A stretch of DNA of 52,183 nt from Paraspadella gotoi (lineage: Eukaryota; Animalia; Chaetognatha), in assembly GCA_051294375.1 (NCBI GenBank), contig JBJCIZ010000395.1, positions 1-52,183 on the forward strand, read 5' to 3'. Below, one piece after another: positions 37,386-47,423 of this stretch; position 1 is the stretch's first letter, and every line of letters starts with the position of its first letter. The notes beneath the pieces are model-generated. The model had not been told where the DNA came from. It saw only the letters and a list, made by a program, of their open reading frames with translations, and searched no databases. A program made the translations under genes and the position numbers.

Positions 37386-37699
37386 CTGATGTGGTACTTA
37401 GCTCCAAGTTTATTCTCTCCACAACAAAAGTAGCAAGAATGCTGTCCAATGAAGGTGAGTTTGATGGAGAAAAGGCAGGTTCTGATGGTGTAGCGGCTGC
37501 AGAAGTTGATGCTTTTTGCAAAAAATTTGACGAAAAATCAGTTGAAAAATTTGATGACGGTGACGAAAATGGTGGCCGTAAAATTTGAATCTGTTTATCT
37601 AAACCCGTTTCCGAAAATTCGTTTCCATGTTTTGTAGAATCCAAAGACGCCGTTGACGGCGCAGTCGACATCATGACTGATGCGTCTGACGAGACTTCG

Positions 37700-39515
37700 A
37701 CCGCGCCCCATCATGCGTTCTTCTTTCCTTTTGCATCCTTCATGGCACTCTCAAATTCGGATTTACTCTTGGGTGCTTTGGGACAGCTGATGGAGAAATG
37801 CTGGCCCGACTCTCCGCAAAATAAACACGGTTTTCCTTTACATTGATCCAAATCTTGTAACAACGACGTGGAGGATGGAGCTCAGAGGCTTAAACGAGAA
37901 AACATCCGGTTCGACTTTGAGTCATCGCCACGATTCGTCGACCAACGTCCTCGTCCACCACGTCCGCCATTACCACGCCCACGACGGCTGCCCCTGAACG
38001 CTGCTTTGCCGCCCTGCGCCCCAACTTTGATGGTGGAAACGTCCATCTGCTCCAACGATTGCAAATTGATGCAATTGACGGTCGCGCCTTTCGCGGCGCG
38101 ATTGGTTTCGAGGCTATCAGCATGCCTCGCCACATCAGATAAGTCTCTTCCACCAGGATGATAAGCATCTTCTACGACGCGAGCAACATTTTTATCTTTC
38201 AGTTTACAAATAAAATCGCAAACAAATTGGTTTTTGTCCCTCCCCAAAGCTTTCATTACATAAGAAAAACGTAAATAAAATTGCATAACCGTTTCGTCTT
38301 TAGATTGTTTCATCGTTTGATATTTACTAAGACAACTATTTTGAAAATTAGGGAACAGGTGACCCCTCAGTAACAAAAAATATTCGTGCACAGAGTATAT
38401 GGGTGTGAGAGATAAATGTTGCATAATAGGTCTAAGGTTATCATCAGAATGGGCAACAACAATTGCGACTTTCGTCGCCAAAGACTCACTTGGGAAAAAC
38501 ATGCCGATTTCTTGCTGGATGATGGACTCTTTCTGCAGGAAGGCAAACGCGTCGTCCGTTTGTTTCAGCTTTGTCTTGATCTGCTTCATCGATTTGCCAA
38601 CCGAAGCTCCGTCCGGCAAGTTGATCGATGACCTCGGCGGCGCTGGCGCCGCAGACGATGCAGGAACGCACGGCACGGGAGGGGGAACGGGCAGAGAAGT
38701 AGGCGGGTAAGGGAAAATAGACGGGAAAGTGGGGAGAGATGGAAAAGTGGAGGACAGAAAAAACGAGATGGTAGGAGAAGGCTTAGGTAAGGAAAAAGGA
38801 ACTGAAGTCACGGGCGGGATCGGGCAAATGCTCGATGGAAAAAGAATGTCTCCCGATGCAACGGATGTCGACGAAGTCGTCGTTGGTCGGGTGATGACGA
38901 TGCTATCTCTTGAAGAGACGACCGGCGCCGTTGACGTCACCGGAATGGGCGATCGAGGACGATCCTGCTGAGAAAAAACAACATTCATGTCAATACCATG
39001 TTTTCAGAATGTCACTCATCGTTTTGTCCATTACGTCTCCTATCACCCAGTCATGGGTGGTTTTACATATTAACTCTATTTTCTGCCGGACTTCAGATTT
39101 CACTTTAACCAAATCCTCTCTTAAAGAAGCGATCATTCCATCTCTCTCTTCCATCAACTTTTCCATTCTCTCTCTCTCTCTCTCCACTCTCTCTCTCTCT
39201 GATGATTCTTTCGTTGATTCTCTCTAACTCAACAATCCTCTCATCCTTTGATTTCCTCTCCACAATCATCTCTCTCATATGGTCTACCGCCTTTTTCAAA
39301 CTTTGAACGTATTCCTCATCCGTGAGAGAAACCCTTTTGCAGGTCTTTGTCGATCCACCATGATGGTCGATGTCGATCCTTCTGCAAGCCGCGCATCGAT
39401 TCCTCGTTCCAACTGATCGAGGAACGATTCTCTTTAGATCGTCCGCTGTTTGAATTGCAATGGTCTCCCATTCGCCAATCTGGCGGTCCAGTCCCGACGG
39501 TTCCCCCGATGCCAT
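37700..39515 (-). pseudogene. Gypsy A gag (frameshifted)
   Basis: MKQSKDETVMQFYLRF (major-homology-like), RGG-rich tract, zinc knuckle CLFCGESGQHFSISC at ~37783-37828, N-terminal CAAC..HH..C motif and coiled coil. Confidence 0.82.
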
Positions 39516-39641
39516 AACTAAAATAAAAACTCAAGAAAAAGGTAAGACAAGATCTGCGATAGACCTTTTAAGAAAAATATGAAATGGCAACGAATTATGG
39601 TGATGATTTGGTGATAGTGCTGATAACTGGTTATCTAACAA

Positions 39642-40989
39642 TCACGGATCTGGCGAATGACTGATAGATCTTAGACATCTAATACAATATATATATATTC
39701 CTTCAGAACCCAGATGATGGTATTGTCTTGCACGTGCTTGTCTTTGAGGTTGAAGTCGTGTTGGTTGCTGAGTGGATCGTTGTCGTGATGGCCGTTGTTG
39801 CTGTTGCTGTGGAGGTTCTTGTTGACGTTGAGGTTGGGCCGCCTGAGGATAAAAATGTTGGGAATGAGTGGAGTCGGCCGCTGGGCTGACTCTTGTTCTA
39901 TTATTTGTTTGACCCTCCCCCCTAGGAAACAACTCGCCTGTTGCTGCTGGTGGTCGTCCTCTTCGTGGGGCTACTGGAGGTGTTGGTTGGACATCCGGTT
40001 CTGTTGTTGCTGGCTTGATCCTGTCGATGGAGATCTTCTCTTGTCCTCGGCCGGGGATGTCCACTGTGAAGGTCTTGTCATCTCTTGAGACTACTTTGTA
40101 AGGGCCCAAGTAGGGCGTGGCTAGCGAGTGACCCTGTTGGCCGCGGAGCACAAAAACCCAGTTTGCTGAGGCAAGACTGTGAGGAAGATGAACAGGTGGG
40201 TTTGAGTGCCAACTAGGAACTACTGGTCTCAACAATGCAACGTCATGTCTCAAGTTTTGCAGCTCATTTTGGGCATTTACTCTTGTTGGCTGTGTACCTA
40301 TTACTAGTTCGCCTGGGATTGCTATTGTATCTCCGAATACAAGTTCTGCTGGTGATGCTTGTAAGTCTTCTTTTGGTACGGACCTGAGTCCTAATAAGAC
40401 CCAGGGTAGTTGATTGAACCAATTTGCGCCGGACGCATCACAACGCGCTTTCAATGATGCCTTCATGGTACGGTGAAACCGTTCGACCATCCCATTCGCC
40501 TGCGGGTGGTAAGCTGTGGTGGTGTTGAGCTTGTAGCCTATATAGCTTGGCTCAGCTAATGCCACAATTCAGAAGTGAATTGTGTTCCACAGTCGGAAGT
40601 GACCGTGGCTGGTACACCGAATCTGGCGATCCAGTTCTGAAGGAAGGCTGTTGCTACAGTTACTGCGGAGATATCCCGAAGGGGATATGCTTCAGGCCAG
40701 CGAGAAAAACAGTCTACACAGGTTAAAAGGTACGCCTGAGGTGGGCAAGAGACCCACCAAGTCAATGTGAATGTGTTCGAAACGCCTTGATGGTGCTTCG
40801 AAAGGTTGTAGAGGAGCCTGGGTGTGTCGTTGTACCTTGCTGCGCTGGCAGTCAAGGCAAGCCTGAGCCCATTTTGCCACGTCTGACGCGGCTTTTGGCC
40901 AAACAAATCTCTATGTTACCAGCTTTTTTGTGCATCTGACGCTCAGATGAGCTAGGTTGTGGATGGCATCATAAACTCAACGGCGCCAC
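39642..40989 (-). pseudogene. Gypsy B integrase (stops and frameshifts)
   Basis: IHNLAH..CLDC zinc domain, HIDLVG, VTSDCGTQFTSELW, NGMVERFHR, PYLGPYKVV. Confidence 0.92.
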
Positions 40990-42581
40990 AAACCTTCAAA
41001 TGAGCCAGAAAAAGGAAGGAATATTGCAAAACGGAGAACAACTGTTATGAGAAGCTGGGGCATTATACGGAATGAGCCAAGAGTGTGCTTGAGGCATCAC
41101 CCTACCATGTGCGTTAAAAAAACCTTGACGGCTCACTTAGATGTTGTGCGGCCGGACTACAGGTCGCCTCAAACGCAGTCACAAAAAGACAAACCAGCTA
41201 CCCCATCAAAATTTGATGTGATTTCAACGCACATCTTGTTCGCAGGCAATAACAATTTTTTTTCAAAAAGTAGACCCTTTGTAAAGTGCTACCATCAAGT
41301 AACTGTTAGCAGACGCAGGATATTTGCAAGACAGCCATCATCAGTTCCCTTTGGCTTCTTGGGAATTCCCGGTTCACCCCATTTTTGGGTCTCAAAGAAA
41401 TCAGGGCTCTGATTTTCAAAGGATGATGGACGAAACCCCTCAAAGATGTACCCACACATCTTTGTATATCTAGATGACATTCCTGCGTTCAGCCTCAAGC
41501 CAACAAAGAAGAAAAATGCAAGATCTCACACTACTGTTTGACACCCTGCAAGCAAATGGTTTAGTAGTGAACAGAGGCAAAATTGGGCTTACTAGGCGTA
41601 CCATCACCTCGACTTTCTAGTTACCAGGTAGACGCAACAGGGTCAGGCCATTGCGAACACAAAAAGTCGAACACATCAAGCAATTCCCCCATAATCAGTC
41701 AAAGAGGTTTCAAAAGATACTTGTGGCATGCATCAAACTACTACCGGCGTTCATCACACATCGCCGAAAGTCCTTACACCATTAATACCAAGCCTTAAAA
41801 GGCAAACCCCCGAGTCCGTTATAATGTACCGAGAAATGACTCAAGCCTTCAACAAGTCGGCAAAGAAGGCATTCTAGCAAACGCAACTATGCTTGTCACC
41901 CTGTGGACGGGCACCTCTGGCCCTTGGACGTCGATGCGTCAACTGACGGCCATCGGCCGGCTGTCCTGGAGGCAGAAGATTTGGATGGTCAATGGCAACC
42001 CTTAGCTTTTTCTCAGGCCCCGCTAGCTCAGGAATCCAGGACAAAATGGCCACCTTTTGACCAGGGAAATCCTTTGCCGCACAACGCTCAGTCTGGGCAC
42101 TTCAGGCCCTTCTGGAGGGCGCTACTTCTTTCTGTCTCTGACCAGAACAGCCTAGTTCCGCCATACGCAAGAAATCTGAGCACACTTCAATGCTTCAAAC
42201 CGTAGAATCAATTATCTTGCCATCTCGAATACACAACAGACATTCGATACATTTGAGGCAAGGGCCAACGTGTAGCGGACACACTATCAAGAATCATCAG
42301 CCCAGCAAAGCCAGTTGGCCCAGAAACCTGAGGGATTCATCATGACCTTCAGAAATTGCCCTCTTTGGTCGCAACAGTCATGCAGTTGGCCCCCAACGCG
42401 TCGATTTTGCCGCTTTAGCGTGTGACAGAGTTCCGACGAGGAGATCCAGCCGACTCCTGGCAGACGCCCACACCAGCCTGCGATTCAAGATAGTTCGCCT
42501 GAACGGACTTTGACATCATCTTGTGGATGTCAGTTTCAGGCAGGGCGCGCCCCTTTGGTTCCCACAACTTTGGCCGCCGTT
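40990..42581 (+). pseudogene. Gypsy B RT plus RNase H, on the opposite strand to the rest of the element, very noisy
   Basis: Plus-strand fragments DYR.L, PFG, FQRMMD..HIFVYLDDI (~41415-41480), VDAS..WQPLAF (~41930-42010), ADTLSR (~42275). Confidence 0.85.
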
Positions 42582-42710
42582 NNNNNNNNNNNNNNNNNNN
42601 NNNNNNNNNNNNNNNNNNNNNNNNNNNNNNNNNNNNNNNNNNNNNNNNNNNNNNNNNNNNNNNNNNNNNNNNNNNNNNNNNNNNNNNNNNNNNNNNNNNN
42701 NNNNNNNNNN

Positions 42711-43077
42711 AATCATCAAGATCAACGAGTAGGCCGAGCTTGTGGTCGGCAGCTAAATGATGTTCCATCAGAAAATCAGCTCCAAGAATAGGGGTCGTAA
42801 CGTCAGCGAGTACAGTTGTTAGTGAGTATGTGCGTCTTCCTAGTCTGATAGTGATTTGTTTGGTGCCGTAGGAAGAGATTGGAGACCCGTTTGCAGTATG
42901 AAGTTGAGGCGCGGAGCCACCGCAGAGCTTTTCTGATGGCGAAGGCGCCATCAAAGTGACGCTTGCACCACCGTCCACAAGCCATATCAAGTTGTTGTTG
43001 TCGTACACATGCAGTAAGGGTTCTGTACTACCAGCAGCGGCGTTTACTGCCTCCGGCTGCTGGCTTGGCCGTTTCCC
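42711..43077 (-). pseudogene. Gypsy B aspartic protease (pol start)
   Basis: WLVDGGASVT, TANGSPISSYG, ADVTTPILGADFL. Confidence 0.88.
43029..43077 (-). promoter_or_regulatory. -1 ribosomal frameshift signal (G GGA AAC plus stem-loop)
   Basis: Slippery heptamer at 43077-43071 in gag phase, 7-nt spacer, stem CCAGCAGC/GCTGCTGG. The -1 frame is the protease ORF. Confidence 0.8.
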
Positions 43078-44063
43078 CGCTTGCATCCTGGGTAGCATTT
43101 GATTGCTCGGTCTCCAAATGTCCGATGATAGAAACAAAGTCCATTGATGAAATCAGGAGAGGAGTTGAAAGAGTTTGCAACTGGTCGGCGAGATAAGGTA
43201 GTGCTGTTGCTGTTGTTGGGGAAATGGCGCTGCTGTGTTGTCACTGGTCTTCGGTAGCCAGGTCGGACCTGTGTCCTGGGGCGTAGTTGGCCACGTCCGG
43301 AATTCGCGGCACACACATTGGCGTAGTTGCGTGGAGGTACATCCTCTGCGGTGGATGTGTCATCCGCCAAGTCGGGCGCATACTCATCACACTCCGAGTC
43401 AGACAGGTCGTCCTCGAAGATGCCCCATCTATTGGAGGTGTCGACATGATTGACGACTTTTCCAATTGGTTTTGAGATGATCTGAAGATCACCTTGGGCT
43501 GAGTAAAACGCATCCGCCTTCTTGGCGATCGTTTCCGGCGTCTCTTCCCCATCGCTAACTACCCTTCCGGCCACATGGGCTGGGAGGACCTCGGCCAGGA
43601 TCGCGTTGAGGAGATGGTTGATCGTCAGGGATTCGACCTCAGCGCGCAGTGCGGCCACGAACTGCGAAGGAGTGCGTCCTGCGAGGGAGTGATGACCCAG
43701 GAGCTTCTGCGCCTTCTGCTGGGGCTTCTCGGCGAACAGCTCAGACAGGTGCTTTTTCAAGGCCTGATACCCGCCTGAGACAGGATGGTCATTGGTGTAA
43801 AAACCCCTGACCAACACCTGATGCTCCTGCGGGACCGCGCCAAGAAGGTGCATCTTTTTGTGCTGCTCATCCACAACTGCAGCGAGGCAGAAACTCCCCT
43901 CGACTGCAGCGAGCCAGGCTTGGATGTTGCCGACATCAAAAGGCGGCAACTTGGGCGTCTTGGAACGGTTGGTGCCTGACGTCTGGTAAGCCATTGGTGT
44001 GGTGGAGGAGGCTCCTACCACATCGGCGTTGTCCGGGTGCTGCTGACCTGCCAAACTGCACAA
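43044..44063 (-). CDS. Gypsy B gag (intact ORF)
   Basis: PKLPPFD..AWLAAVEGSF, LAGRTPSQF, and CFYHRTFGDRAIKCYPGC (C-x2-H-x9-C-x3-C, the CsRn1-type motif). Confidence 0.88.
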   Translation of the reverse strand: MCSLAGQQHPDNADVVGASSTTPMAYQTSGTNRSKTPKLPPFDVGNIQAWLAAVEGSFCLAAVVDEQHKKMHLLGAVPQEHQVLVRGFYTNDHPVSGGYQALKKHLSELFAEKPQQKAQKLLGHHSLAGRTPSQFVAALRAEVESLTINHLLNAILAEVLPAHVAGRVVSDGEETPETIAKKADAFYSAQGDLQIISKPIGKVVNHVDTSNRWGIFEDDLSDSECDEYAPDLADDTSTAEDVPPRNYANVCAANSGRGQLRPRTQVRPGYRRPVTTQQRHFPNNSNSTTLSRRPVANSFNSSPDFINGLCFYHRTFGDRAIKCYPGCKRGNGQASSRRQ

Positions 44064-45212
44064 TCTTTGGTTGCACCGGTCGGCCTGTGGACCTGTTGTG
44101 GCATCCGCACGTTGGCGCCTGCTGATGCTGCTAGCAGGCGCTGGACCCTGTGATTGTAAGGTATTCTATCGAAGTCCTTACGCTCTCGTTTGAAGCTTTC
44201 TTGTTTCGCCTCCAATCCTAACAATCCTAGTTGTTGAACGCTCGTTATCAGCCGTTTGCATGTTCCTGGTACGGTCCTTGAATGGAACGGGGGGCTGTTA
44301 TGACGCTTCTTGACTTTGAGTTCTTGATCGCCTCCGTCTGGTGTCTCTGAAGCGTCGTCCTGATCGGCGATGTTGGTTAGGCCGGGTGGGCGGACATCGA
44401 TCTGTGATGGTGTGGTGGAGAGATGACGTCCTCCGTGCCGGCTTCGCTTGCAGATTGTGGGCTGAGGGTGATGTGGCAGGCGTCGGGCGAGCACCTCGTC
44501 CCTGAGGGGGCCTCCAGCGTCTCAAAAGATGATTCCATTCTTGATATGGAGAGAGTAAATTAAAAGAAAAAATTTTTCATTCTTTTTAATCGGCACGGGA
44601 AAAATCCGAAATTTTTGCGTATCATTTAAAACATTAGAGCTAGCAAAAATTTTCTGATAAAAAAAAAACTTTTTGGTCTAAACGCGCTTGGGTATAAAAT
44701 GAAAAACGCGCTGGCGAGCACGGTCGTTCACAATACCGTGGTTAATATTTAACGAAAATTTATTTAAAACTTAGAGCTAAATATAAGATTTTCAAAAACG
44801 CGTATAAAAATTGATTAGGTCGTTAGTATTGTATTTCAAAATTTCAAAATTAAACAAAAGGGAAAACGTTGAAAATGCCTAAAAACAAAGAATTAAACTT
44901 GAGCTTTGATGAGGTAATCCAGGTAGACGTAGACGAAATGTTGGACGAAATTGTGGCATGCGCGCGACTTGAAGAAAATAGAAATTGCAAAAATCGTTTA
45001 ATTTTTTTGAAGTTGAAAATATTTTGAAGAAAAAAATGCGCCGAAAAAAATAGGAATATAAAAACTGATCGCGAAATAGGCCGTGAACTGAGCGGATTTT
45101 TATCGCTAATTAAACGCCAATTTACGAATTGATAAATAAAATAATCGATCAATCACTAGATCAATCAAATCATAAATCAATCAATCAGTTATAATGTAGT
45201 TCAGAAGGTTAC

Positions 45213-45580
45213 TTATCTTTTAGTCGCGGATCACCAATGTAGAAGACGAAAAATAGTATAATAAAAGTGAGAAGAAGGTAAAGAATTGTGACGATGTAAG
45301 AGAAGTAGAAAAGAAGTGAGACAGCTCTCTCCTGATCCACTTTTATCATCGCCCTGGACCAACTTGACCTTACGGTAGCCTCGGCCCTATTACTGTGTCC
45401 GGTCAATCAAAGGTCATTGCCAAAGCTAGGGCAAAGTGACCGTGTGGAAATAGACCGGCTCGAAAAAGAGGAGAAAGGAAGGGTTTAGAGAGACCGGTGG
45501 TAAGTCGCCTCACCTGCTTCGATGACTTCAACGTTTTTGATCTCCAACTGTTCGATATCGATTCCATGCTGCGATTCAAT
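45213..45580 (-). CDS. Two putative exons (45580-45514 and ~45390-45213) encoding a transmembrane segment
   Basis: CCCTGCAG acceptor, GTGAGG and GTAACC donors, hydrophobic LLFYFSYIVTILYLLLTFIILFFVFYI. Phases do not join without an indel. Confidence 0.4.
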
Positions 45581-45926
45581 CTGCAGGGAAAAATTTCTTA
45601 CATTTTCATTACTTTTATTCATTATACTATCGAGATTAGACCTTTCCATGTATGAAAAGTTTTGAAATCAAAAAACGAGTATTGTGTAAAAGGTGCCCAT
45701 ACATCATATGAATTTTTTGAACATTTTTTTTTCAAAAAAAAAATTACAGTAAATGCTGCCAACTTTGAAAAAAATTTTAAAAAATGGTAAAAAATGGACT
45801 TTTTGCTAAATATCTTTAAAAGCTTTTTTGCTAGAGGGACGAAACCCAAACTATCTTGTAGAGCAGAAAAAATTAACTATGTTACATACCTTGTATGGTG
45901 GACTGAAATCCACCAACCGTTCTTCA

Positions 45927-45999
45927 GCGGACATTGGTGCTGGAGGCAAGTCATTCGCCTCCCAACCCAAAGGTCCGGGGTTCTAGCCCGGTGGTCGCC
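45927..45999 (+). other. tRNA-derived sequence in 5' LTR (Gly-CCC-like)
   Basis: TGGTGCTGGAGG A-box-like, CT-CCC-AA anticodon-loop-like, CCGGG-GTTCTAG-CCCGG T-arm/B-box-like, GCG...TGGTCGC acceptor-stem-like ends, 73 nt. Confidence 0.7.
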
Positions 46000-46347
46000 T
46001 AGCAGTTAAGAGGGACGGGGCGCTTAACCCGCCTGTAACATGGTGTTACAGCCTGATCCAAAGCTCAGGGACTGCTTATATTGAACGGTTCTGTCACTAA
46101 CACATAATAATAATCACTGTCTCTTTATTGGTGAGCCCGACTTCCGAACACTACAGCAACAACAACACTTTCAGGCGACATGCCTCAACCTGGCGATGCA
46201 CTTTCCGCCAACAACACATCAGGTGACATGCCTCAACTTTGGTGACGTACTTTTCCACCAACAACAATTCACTGAAGAGACGCAACAGACTTCTCCCTAT
46301 TGGAGGGGGGGATGTATGGTGGACTAAAATCCACCAACCGTTCATCA

Positions 46348-46422
46348 GCGCGCCATTGGTGCTGGAGGAAAGTCATTCGCCTCCCAACCCAAAGGTCCGG
46401 GGTTCTAGCCCGGGCGGTCGCC
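46348..46422 (+). other. tRNA-derived sequence in 3' LTR
   Basis: GCGCGCCATTGGTGCTGGAGGAAAGTCATTCGCCTCCCAACCCAAAGGTCCGGGGTTCTAGCCCGGGCGGTCGCC. Confidence 0.7.
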
Positions 46423-46898
46423 TAGCAGTTAAAAGGGACGGGGCGCCTTACCCGCCTGTAACATGGTTTACAGCCTGATCAAAGCTCAGAAACTGCTTAT
46501 ATTGAACGGTTCTGTCACTAACACATAATAATAATCACTGTCTCTTCACTTGCATTATAAATTTAGTGAGTTTTTTACTAAGTAAAATTCTTTTTAAACC
46601 TATTGTTTTGGGAAATTTTTGATAAATTTTTTAAAAAATGATATTTTTAACAATGTTTCTGAAATATTATTAAAAAATTTTTTTCAAAAACGAACGATCA
46701 CGCAAGAGATCGTAAAGTAGAGAAAGAGACAGAAAGAGAGAGAAAGAGAGAAAAGAAGCCTGAACAGACGCTGCAGAGGCGGAACTCGTTTACTCGTTTT
46801 ACTCGTCGCCTTAGTGACGGTGGTGAAAAAAAAGTGACTAAAAAAACAGGAGAGAGAGAGAGAGATAGAGAGAGATAGAAAAAAGAGAGAGATAGAGG

Positions 46899-47423
46899 GG
46901 AAGCCAGGTACTCGTCTGGGAGTGAATAAATGGGACTGTGAGAGAGTCTGCATTGAGAAAGTCTTGCAGGGACCTGCTATGTAATTATCTTGTAAGAGTG
47001 ATGGAGGCCTTAATCCACCAAAGCCTGTCCCAAGTCAGGGGCAAGATAGCTTATTTATTAAATGAATGGATAATTTTTATATTGGTTGTACCAATTTCAT
47101 AAAATTCAGCTCCTTGTATTTTGATGCTAGTGCGGAGTACAATGAGTATTCCCCGATCTAATACTTAAAGGAGTGGTCTTTTCATACAATTGAAACATTT
47201 CTTTGAAATATTTCCACTTCATTGATAGGAAGCCAGGTTACTCTGGGAGTGAATAAATGGGAGCTGTGAGAGAGTCTTGATTGAAAGCTTGCAGGGACCT
47301 GCTATGTAATTATCTTGTAAGAGTGATGGAGGCCTTAAACCACCAAAGCCTGTCCAAAGTCAGGGGCAAGATAGCTTATTTATTAATGAATGGATAATTT
47401 TTATATGGTTGTACCAATTCATA
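46899..47423 (+). repeat. ~200-bp direct repeat pair (46899-47101, 47228-47423)
   Basis: GGAAGCCAGGT...GGTTGTACCAATT(T)CATA occurs twice with a ~125-bp spacer. Confidence 0.85.

Larger units (their letters stand above)
28615..39515 (-). mobile_element. Ty3/Gypsy LTR retrotransposon A (gag-PR-RT-RH-IN), frameshifted, two nested insertions, LTR pair not found
   Basis: Domain order PR-RT-RH-IN on the minus strand; see component features. Confidence 0.92.
39642..44520 (-). mobile_element. CsRn1-like Ty3/Gypsy retrotransposon B, LTRs not found, RT-RH block inverted
   Basis: gag with KLPPF and CHCC motif, protease, integrase with GPY motif; see components. Confidence 0.9.
45892..46548 (+). mobile_element. 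TRIM with tRNA-derived LTRs (Helenus/TRIMp3-like)
   Basis: Two 236-bp LTRs (45892-46127, 46313-46548; TG...CA in LTR2), PBS TGGTGAGCCCGAC at 46129-46141, PPT GGAGGGGGGGA at 46302-46312, 185-bp non-coding interior. Confidence 0.9.

Noticed and set aside
37868-39227. Plus-strand ORFs opposite Gypsy gag/pol (also 30934-31894, 43235-43979)
   Set aside because: Antisense shadows of the minus-strand coding sequence.
45927-45999. Functional tRNA-Gly gene
   Set aside because: Anticodon and D stems pair poorly, the T-loop is non-canonical, and it lies within both LTRs, so it is tRNA-derived rather than a tRNA gene.
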